Assembly: GCA_017517745.1 (NCBI GenBank) | Contig: JAFWYJ010000047.1 | Location: 2,150-66,149 of the forward strand | Direction: 5' to 3' | DNA length: 64,000 nt | Origin: Clostridia bacterium | GTDB taxonomy: Bacteria; Bacillota; Clostridia; Oscillospirales; CAG-272 | Shown here: piece by piece, positions 20,063 to 26,143 of the stretch | How the letters are laid out: each line of letters starts with the position of its first letter | How positions within the stretch are numbered: the stretch's first letter is position 1 | Made by a program: the position numbers and the translations under genes | The notes under the pieces: generated by a model | Told to the model about the DNA's origin: nothing | Seen by the model: the letters and a program-made list of their open reading frames with translations, nothing else | Databases searched by the model: none

Positions 20063-21184
20063 ATGGTTATAGGCTGTACGAAAAAACTGCTTGATTTTTT
20101 GGGAATAAAGCCACAGAAATTAACGACCGAGACCGATCCACTGTTTTCTTGGACGGCGAATCTCATCATACTCAATCGCCGCAAGACGTTGGTTGCGGTA
20201 AACAATGCGACCAAATGTTGTTTTGTCCTTCACGGTCTGACAGCAAAGAGCATTTCAAAATTGCCCGAGCTGATAAAAGACGGTATTCGCGCGGTGTTGC
20301 AAAGTGAGTATGTTGCTTCCGAGATTATAGGAAAATATCTTGACGAATGTGGGTAGGACTTAACATTTGCATCAACTGCATCTCGGTCTGACGTGGCATA
20401 TTGCAACAAGGCGTGTGAGCGTGTGGAGCGTTTTGTGAATTTGTTTGAGTCTGATAGTATATTTCAAGAGAAATATCTGCCGTGGATCAACAACGATATG
20501 ATCGCAAAAGAAGATTATTCGTTTATCTATGAAAAGTTGATTGCCACGCTTACCGAAAGATACGGCTCACCCGTGCAGTCTGCTCACGTGGCAGAGCTCG
20601 AAGTCACGCTTGATCTCCTTACTCCCTGTAAGAGAACGCTGGTCGTTCCGAGTGATCTCAATTTCTATCAGCTTCACAGGATTTTGCAAGACGCATTTGA
20701 GTGGCACGATTGTCATCTGCATCAGTTTGTTTTGAAAAAGGACAGTATGGGCAGACCAATGAAAATCATACAACCCGGATTTATGAAAAACGAAGATTGG
20801 CTTGCGCTTGACGAAAACCTTGAAAGCATCGACAGCACGACGGTTACTATTCGTGAAATTTTCGAATCACAAAATAAGATTGAATATGAATACGATTTCG
20901 GTGACGGTTGGATACATATGATCAAGCTGAAGCGTTTTATTCCCGACTGCACCACACCATATCCACACTGTACCGAGGCGATTGGTGACGCGCCTATGGA
21001 GGACAGCGGCGGACCGTATGGGTTTGACGAGAAGATGAAAATCCTGAACGATCCCGATCATCCCGAACACGAATGGATCTCGGAATGGGTGAGGAGTGCC
21101 TGGTGGCATTCCCTTGATTTTGATGCGATCAATCGCAGAATCAGGCAGGAACACCGTCGTTGCATCCCCGTTCAATACGACTAA
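20063..21184 (+). pseudogene. DUF6933-like N-terminus plus pRiA4b ORF-3-like (MM3350-like) domain, interrupted by a single in-frame TAG at 20354..20356
   Basis: ORFs 20039..20356 and 20393..21184 are in the same frame, and the 36 nt between them have no other stop. N-terminus KKLLDFLGIKP...LFSWTANLIILNRRK. C-terminus YEYDFGDGWIHMIKL. AAGGAG RBS precedes the ATG at 20063. Confidence 0.6.
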
Positions 21185-21192
21185 AACCATCA

Positions 21193-21394
21193 AAAAACAT
21201 GGGTATTTTTCGATCAAAAATCAGCTTCGAAAAGTACACATGTTTTTTCTTTTATTCGCCCTCAAAACTCCTTGTAATATAAGGACTTTCGGCGGTAGGT
21301 CTGTTTCAAATTACGCATGAGAGAGGCTTGTGCAGTGCGTAATTTCGCAATTTTCCCACGTTACATAAGCCGCCCCGGGCAGTCTTCACAATTC
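21193..21394 (-). repeat. Island junction repeat copy R4
   Basis: Terminator-type hairpin CATGGGTATTTTTCGA / TCGAAAAGTACACATG with T-runs on both strands. Hairpin AAATTACGCA (21308-21317) / TGCGTAATTT (21336-21345). Box at 21374..21394 is identical to the R2 box. Confidence 0.85.
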
Positions 21395-21448
21395 TTGCAA
21401 TATACGTCTGTTGACATACCACGATTTCGAAATTACACACTGCCCCTA

Positions 21449-21540
21449 CGACGTCTATCATACTCGCACAAATCAAAATGAGGTCACGTTTCCGTCCTTT
21501 CGGTTGCGTGACCTTTGTGCTTTATTTGCGATAGACGTCG
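21449..21540. repeat. Nested inverted repeats upstream of the recombinase module
   Basis: CGACGTCTATC (21449-21459) pairs with GATAGACGTCG (21530-21540). These arms enclose the hairpin AGGTCACG...CGTGACCT (21481-21514). Confidence 0.7.
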
Positions 21541-21625
21541 TCGAGGGTAAGCAGCGTTACAAATCTCCTTTCCTTGCAAATAACTGTATCACGAGTTAGT
21601 AACTTATGAATTAGTTTTTATCATG

Positions 21626-21721
21626 TCCCGTTTGTCAATAGTTTTTTGCACTTTTTCAGTGAAAATGAAATGGCACAAAATAGGCAAAAAGTTGGCGGAG
21701 TTTCGCCGATGACAAACGGGA
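21626..21721. repeat. 12-bp perfect inverted repeat TCCCGTTTGTCA / TGACAAACGGGA flanking a 72-bp AT-rich spacer
   Basis: Arms at 21626..21637 and 21710..21721, read directly. Lies immediately upstream of a TATACTATAAT -10-like element. Confidence 0.7.
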
Positions 21722-21815
21722 TGTTATGGTTTATACTATAATCGTACACACCGACGGTGAGCATAGTGTACAGGCTCTCCGTCATACTAATTTAGTAAAT
21801 CGAAAGGAGACAATC

Positions 21816-21950
21816 ATGAAAGAACAGACACATGTAACAAGTGTTTTTAAAAACAAAACATTGACAAAGGAGGATTACACGCGTATATGGATAGAACTAA
21901 TTTCAGCATTAGAACGCAGAAAAAGTGTAAATTTTTCTCTAAGTCAATGA
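21816..21950 (+). CDS. Small 44-aa protein upstream of the serine recombinase; a role as directionality factor or regulator is speculative
   Basis: AAAGGAG RBS 7 nt before the ATG at 21816, within ORF 21726..21950. No recognisable motif. Confidence 0.35.
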   Translation: MKEQTHVTSVFKNKTLTKEDYTRIWIELISALERRKSVNFSLSQ

Positions 21951-22023
21951 CAAAATACCCCTCTGTATGTTATAATAGAGGTGGAGGAAAACAGCTTGTT
22001 CTTATCGTGGAGGAGATAAGAAC

Positions 22024-23583
22024 ATGAGAGAAAAAGTAGCAATCTATTGCAGACTGTCCGAAGAGGACAAAAACAAGCAGAACACCACCGACGATTCGGG
22101 CAGTATTCAAAACCAAAAGGCGATGCTCCGCGACTATGCCGACCGCATGGGCTGGGAGCTTTACGGCATTTACAGTGACGACGATTATGCGGGTTCGGAC
22201 CGTAACCGCCCCGAGTTCAAGCGGTTACTTGCCGACGCGCAGACAAAGAAATTTGACATTATCCTCTGCAAAACACAATCCCGTTTCACCCGTGAGCTTG
22301 AGCTTGTGGAGCGATACATACACGGTCTGTTCCCTATTTGGGGCATTCGTTTTGTCAGCATCGTGGATAACGCCGACACCGCCAACAAGGGCAACAAAAA
22401 AAGCCGTCAGATCAACGGACTTGTCAACGAGTGGTATCTGGAGGATATGTCGGACAGCATCAAATCCGCACTTGACAGCCGCCGCAAAAACGGCTTTCAT
22501 ATCGGCTCGTTTGCGCTCTACGGTTACAAGAAGGATCCCGATCTCAAAGGTCATCTGATTATCGACGAGGAAGCCGCCGCTGTGGTGCGAGAAGTGTTTA
22601 CGTTATTCTCGCAGGGCTATGGCAAAACGGCAATCGCTCGGATGCTCAACGACCGAGGGATACCCAATCCCACCGAGTACAAACGAATGCAGGGGCTTCG
22701 CTTTAGTCTGCCACCAAGCAAGAACAGCACACTGTGGAAGTATTTCGCCATCTCGGATATGCTGATCAACGAGACCTATATCGGCAATTTGGTGCAAGGC
22801 AAGTATGAGAGCATTTCATACAAGACTTCAATCAACCGCCCACGCCCCAAGGAGCAATGGTTCAGGGTGGAAGGCACACACGAGCCGATCATTGACCGCG
22901 CCTTGTGGGATAGGGTACAGAAAATGATCGCCGAGCGAGCCAAGCCGTTTAAAGTCGGTACGATCGGACTATTTGCCAAAAAGGTACGGTGCGCATTCTG
23001 CGGATACGTGATGCGCTCGTCAAAGTCGGGCGGCAAACACTTTCTGCAATGCCCCAACCGACACTACGCCAAAGGTGCTTGCGAGGGTGCGTTTATTTCG
23101 GTGGATAGGCTTGAACGAATGGTCATTGCGGAGCTTCGACGACTCAATGCAGAATATCTTAACATGGATGAATTAGAGTGTAAGGTACAATTTAACGCCG
23201 AACTCCTCACGCAGAAGCAAGAAATCGAAGCCGAAATTTCGACCTATCAAGGAAAGATCAATCAATTCTCCAAGGGTGTGCGCGACCTTTATCTTGACAA
23301 GGTGAAGGGCTTGATTTGTGAGGCAGATTTCATCGAGCTGTCAAAGGACTTCACCTCACAAAAAGAACGCCTTGAAGCGCAGGTGCTGGAATGTCAAAAG
23401 CGAATTGCCGAGATTGAAATCAAAATTGCCGTTGGTGACAACCGCCGTGAATTGATTGAAAAATACGTCAAAGTAGAGCATCTGACGCGGGAAATGGTGG
23501 AGATTTTGATTGACAAAATCATGGTCGGAAAGCGTATTCCGGGGACACGAAATGTGCCCATCGAAATTCACTGGAATTTCTAA
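22024..23583 (+). CDS. Large serine recombinase (resolvase catalytic domain + recombinase domain + zinc ribbon + coiled coil)
   Basis: 519 aa. N-terminus VAIYCRLSEED carries the catalytic Ser region. Contains DIILCKTQSRFTR, the Cys cluster CAFCGY...LQCPNRHY...C, and a C-terminal coiled coil. Confidence 0.9.
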   Translation: MREKVAIYCRLSEEDKNKQNTTDDSGSIQNQKAMLRDYADRMGWELYGIYSDDDYAGSDRNRPEFKRLLADAQTKKFDIILCKTQSRFTRELELVERYIHGLFPIWGIRFVSIVDNADTANKGNKKSRQINGLVNEWYLEDMSDSIKSALDSRRKNGFHIGSFALYGYKKDPDLKGHLIIDEEAAAVVREVFTLFSQGYGKTAIARMLNDRGIPNPTEYKRMQGLRFSLPPSKNSTLWKYFAISDMLINETYIGNLVQGKYESISYKTSINRPRPKEQWFRVEGTHEPIIDRALWDRVQKMIAERAKPFKVGTIGLFAKKVRCAFCGYVMRSSKSGGKHFLQCPNRHYAKGACEGAFISVDRLERMVIAELRRLNAEYLNMDELECKVQFNAELLTQKQEIEAEISTYQGKINQFSKGVRDLYLDKVKGLICEADFIELSKDFTSQKERLEAQVLECQKRIAEIEIKIAVGDNRRELIEKYVKVEHLTREMVEILIDKIMVGKRIPGTRNVPIEIHWNF

Positions 23584-23584
23584 A

Positions 23585-23640
23585 AAATCGTCAACTTCAA
23601 AAGCACCGAAAACCCTTGAAATATAAGGATTTTTCGCGTT
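23585..23640 (-). repeat. Truncated island junction repeat copy R5
   Basis: AAAAATCGTCAACTTCAAAAGCACC...CTTGAAATATAAGGATTTTTCGCG aligns with the R1 segment at 1680-1748 and the R4 segment at 21210-21295. Similarity stops at the junction with the catalase fragment. Confidence 0.6.
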
Positions 23641-23669
23641 TTTTAACACCCCAAAAACCTTGCGAATAC

Positions 23670-23888
23670 GTGATAGTAACAGAGCAGAAGGCGCGCACGA
23701 CCTACGACAACATTCTGCGTCTGGTCGACGATCCCGACGTTTGCGATCCGATCAAATATCTGCGCGCGCGTGAGATCGTGCATTACCAGCGCTTCGGCGA
23801 TGCCCTCCGCATCACACAGGAGAAGCTGGACAGCAAGAATTTTTACGCGATCAACCCCGCGTTTGACAAGAATTGCGGGAAGAAATAA
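23670..23888 (+). pseudogene. Orphan 3' fragment of a manganese catalase / CotJC-family gene
   Basis: EQKARTTYDNILRLVDDPDVCDPIKYLRAREIVHYQRFGDAL matches the conserved C-terminal helix region of Mn catalases (compare B. subtilis CotJC EEKARATYQWLIDISDDPDLNDSLRFLREREIVH). No N-terminal two-thirds is present in this window. GC content rises at this point. Confidence 0.65.
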
Positions 23889-23934
23889 GCGCATGAGCGG
23901 CGGAGTCTTCCGCGAAGGCCCTCGGTGAGAAAAA

Positions 23935-23969
23935 CGCCCACGTCTCGATGAAAAAGCGAGGCGTGGGCG
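23935..23969 (+). terminator. Stem-loop of the conserved CACGCC...GGCGTG terminator family (copy a)
   Basis: CGCCCACG...CGTGGGCG stem downstream of the catalase fragment. The T-run is weak. Confidence 0.5.
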
Positions 23970-24010
23970 TGTTGTGTGCTCGGTGGTACATGGGAGCGGG
24001 AGGAACGCGC

Positions 24011-24039
24011 TTGACAAAAACGGCAGGATTTGGTATAAT
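24011..24039 (+). promoter_or_regulatory. Consensus sigma-A promoter
   Basis: TTGACA (24011-24016), 17 nt spacer, TATAAT (24034-24039). Confidence 0.6.
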
Positions 24040-24163
24040 GACAATGGAGATACTCGTTCACATAGATAGAATGTAAAAATCAAGAAGAACACAGAGAACC
24101 GTCCCCTGTGTTCATTCAGGTAATCTACGATTTGTTCTTTGATTGATGAAAGAGAGGGATAAT

Positions 24164-24631
24164 ATGGAATATAGCGCATATGATGCTATCGTATATGGCG
24201 ACATAAAAACAACGTGTATCTTTTTGGTTGTATTGTTGTGTTTTGCCGTATTTGTGATTCCTCTTTTTATCATTCCTTTTTCTAAATCCAAAGACAAAGA
24301 AGATAAAACGTCTGCAAAATTGATTGCCCTCCTACTGCTTATAACCTTTTTGGCAGGAGCTGTTAGCTTGATTCCCGGAATCTTGGATATTACTCAAGAT
24401 TCATATGTGCGATTTGAAGGTTTCATTATTGTTGAAGAAATGCATATTTCGTCGGGAGGGAAAAATCCATATTATGCAACAATTACACTTCCAAATGAAT
24501 CTGATTCAAAAAAATATAAGGTAAAATGTTCTTATGAAGTATTCTCATCCATGGACGAAGGACAGGTCTACGGTTATGTAGTGATTTCAAAACATACACA
24601 ATTTGTTCTTGATTGGGGCATTTTGCAATGA
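24164..24631 (+). CDS. Small AT-rich membrane protein (two TM segments); a role as orphan immunity-type protein is speculative
   Basis: ORF 24143..24631. The ATG at 24164 has a GAGAGGG RBS. Two hydrophobic helices are followed by a soluble domain. Lies next to an RHS remnant. Confidence 0.5.
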   Translation: MEYSAYDAIVYGDIKTTCIFLVVLLCFAVFVIPLFIIPFSKSKDKEDKTSAKLIALLLLITFLAGAVSLIPGILDITQDSYVRFEGFIIVEEMHISSGGKNPYYATITLPNESDSKKYKVKCSYEVFSSMDEGQVYGYVVISKHTQFVLDWGILQ

Positions 24632-24710
24632 TTTTTCTCCACCCCAGCATGGAATTTTCGATTTTGTGCTGAGGGCGGAGTTTTTTATTGACAAAAAGCA
24701 GCTTGTATGA

Positions 24711-25061
24711 TATAACGATGCGAACGGCAACCCGACCAACCCTCTCGGCACTGCGGCAACGTGGGAAAAGGGGAGACAAATTAAAACCTTCGGGACTCAC
24801 TCTTACAAGTACAACGACGAAGGTATTCGTATCGGAAAGCAAACGAGTACGGAATATCATGAATAGATTCTCGACGGCACCAATATCGTAAAGGAAATTG
24901 TAAGCGATCTTGGCTGTTCACCCAAGTACACCAACGAGTATCTTTACGATCTTGACGGTACGGTTTGCGGTTTGAAACACGAAGGCGCGGCATATTATTT
25001 TTATAAGAACTTGCAAGGTGATGTTATTGCGGTTACTGATGATACGCGTGAACACAGTTGA
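24711..25061 (+). pseudogene. Internal fragment of an RHS/YD-repeat protein with an in-frame TAG at 24864..24866
   Basis: My own translation gives YNDANGNPTNPLG...YKYNDEGIRIGK...EYHE*ILDGTNIVKE...EYLYDLDGTV...AAYYFYKNLQGDVIAVTDD. These are YD-repeat and RHS-core-like motifs. The fragment has no start codon and no C-terminal toxin. Confidence 0.6.
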
Positions 25062-25098
25062 CGGTTCTGTGTGTTCTCTGCGTTTTTATAACAATTGT

Positions 25099-25139
25099 GC
25101 CCACGTCTTGGCTTTTTCCTTGGCGTGGGTGCTTTTTTC
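25099..25139 (+). terminator. Conserved terminator family copy b
   Basis: GCCCACGTCTTGGCTTTTTCCTTGGCGTGGGTGC followed by TTTTTT. Confidence 0.65.
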
Positions 25140-25162
25140 TTGGATGCAAGTGCCGAAAGGGG

Positions 25163-25192
25163 TTGACAAAGGGCGCACTTTTTTGGTATAAT
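25163..25192 (+). promoter_or_regulatory. Sigma-A promoter of the isomerase gene
   Basis: TTGACA (25163-25168), 18 nt spacer, TATAAT (25187-25192). Confidence 0.55.
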
Positions 25193-25248
25193 AAGGCAAG
25201 CGGTCAAAAGACCTTGGAGAATTTTGAAATCAAACGGAGGAACAAACA

Positions 25249-25989
25249 ATGAGTTACGGTGTGCAACTGTGCAGCGTCCACGATGTGGCGCAAAAGAGTC
25301 TGGAGGATGCCATTCGTCAGGTGGCTGCCATCGGATACAAGGAAGTCGAGTTCTTTAGTTTTTATAAGAATCCCGTTGACAAGGTCAAGGGCTGGCTCGA
25401 CGAGTGCGGACTGACGGTCTGCGCCTACCACGCGCCCTTCCGTCAGCTCTTTGGACAGTTTGAAAAAACCGTTGCCGACTATGAAATGATCGGCGTCAAG
25501 GAGATCGTTCTTGCCGACATTCTTTCGGAGACGAAGGAGGATCTCGACTATATGGTCGCTTCGATCAACCGCTGGCAGCCCGAGCTGGCAAAGCGGGGAA
25601 TTGGACTGCATTTTCATCCCCACGCCAAGGATTATTGGAAGAACCGCGACGGTTTGATCCCGATCAAGGAGCTGGAGGAGAGAACCAACGTGCTCTTTGA
25701 GATCGACTCCTTCTGGGCGTTTGACGCGGGTGAGGATATCGAGGAGGTTCTCGAGCACTACAAGGGCAGAATGAAGCTGATGCACGTCAAGGACGGTATT
25801 CGTCACACCGACACCGACCGTGCCCGCAACCGCGTGCTGGGCGAGGGGGTTGCCACCGTCGAGCAGGCACTTGCCAAGGCAGAGGAGCTGGGGCTGAAGA
25901 TCGTGGTGGAAAGCGAGAGCTGGACGCCCTCGGGTCCCGACGAGATCAAGAGATGTTTGGAATACCTCAACAAGAGGGACGCGAAGTAA
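25249..25989 (+). CDS. Sugar phosphate isomerase/epimerase (xylose isomerase-like TIM barrel)
   Basis: 246 aa with an AGGAAC RBS. General family resemblance (IGYKEVEFF..., HVKDG...). The antisense ORF 25204..26010 is judged spurious. Confidence 0.7.
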   Translation: MSYGVQLCSVHDVAQKSLEDAIRQVAAIGYKEVEFFSFYKNPVDKVKGWLDECGLTVCAYHAPFRQLFGQFEKTVADYEMIGVKEIVLADILSETKEDLDYMVASINRWQPELAKRGIGLHFHPHAKDYWKNRDGLIPIKELEERTNVLFEIDSFWAFDAGEDIEEVLEHYKGRMKLMHVKDGIRHTDTDRARNRVLGEGVATVEQALAKAEELGLKIVVESESWTPSGPDEIKRCLEYLNKRDAK

Positions 25990-26003
25990 AATCGAACAAA
26001 ACA

Positions 26004-26044
26004 CGCTCACGCCTCGGCTTTTGCCTTGGCGTGGGCGTTTTTTA
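26004..26044 (+). terminator. Conserved terminator family copy c
   Basis: CGCTCACGCCTCGGCTTTTGCCTTGGCGTGGGCG followed by TTTTTT. Confidence 0.75.
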
Positions 26045-26143
26045 GCGCTTCAAAACAGATTGATAAAAATTTTGAAAAACCTCTTGCGTTTTGAGGAAAA
26101 AAGGTGTAAAATATACTCCTGTAATCAAATTTGAAGAAAAGGA

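Noticed and set aside
20393-21184. Independent gene starting at the GTG at 20393
   Set aside because: It has no RBS. The upstream 36 nt are open in the same frame and continue the homology pattern of the N-terminal ORF. It is treated as the downstream part of one interrupted gene.
1641-21394. Interpretation of the island repeats as a CRISPR array or a classical integron attC array
   Set aside because: The units are about 200 bp, irregularly spaced (110 bp to 17 kb), only 70-100 percent similar, and contain coding remnants. No cas genes and no IntI-type tyrosine recombinase are present. The repeats are kept as an uncharacterised family instead.
1364-23680. Island as a prophage or as an ICE
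   Set aside because: No capsid, tail, terminase, portal, lysis, relaxase, coupling-protein or type IV secretion genes are recognisable. The content is almost entirely defence and toxin-type genes plus one serine recombinase.
23643-24179. 178-aa minus-strand ORF covering the catalase fragment and the promoter region
   Set aside because: It overlaps a plus-strand reading with clear Mn-catalase similarity and a consensus promoter. It has no motif or RBS.
20354-24866. Genome-wide reassignment of TAG (alternative genetic code) as the explanation for the two in-frame TAGs
   Set aside because: TAG is used as a sensible stop elsewhere in the window. Examples are the 4-TM gene at 15434, which overlaps the next start, and the HMA gene at 57959. 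All other genes fit the standard code 11. Local pseudogenisation or readthrough is more likely.
25204-26010. Long antisense ORFs: 25204..26010, 30200..31081, 31763..32524, 40027..41049, 41140..42000, 58751..59734, 16914..17930, 13453..14160
   Set aside because: Each lies opposite a gene with recognisable conserved motifs. None has an RBS or motifs of its own.
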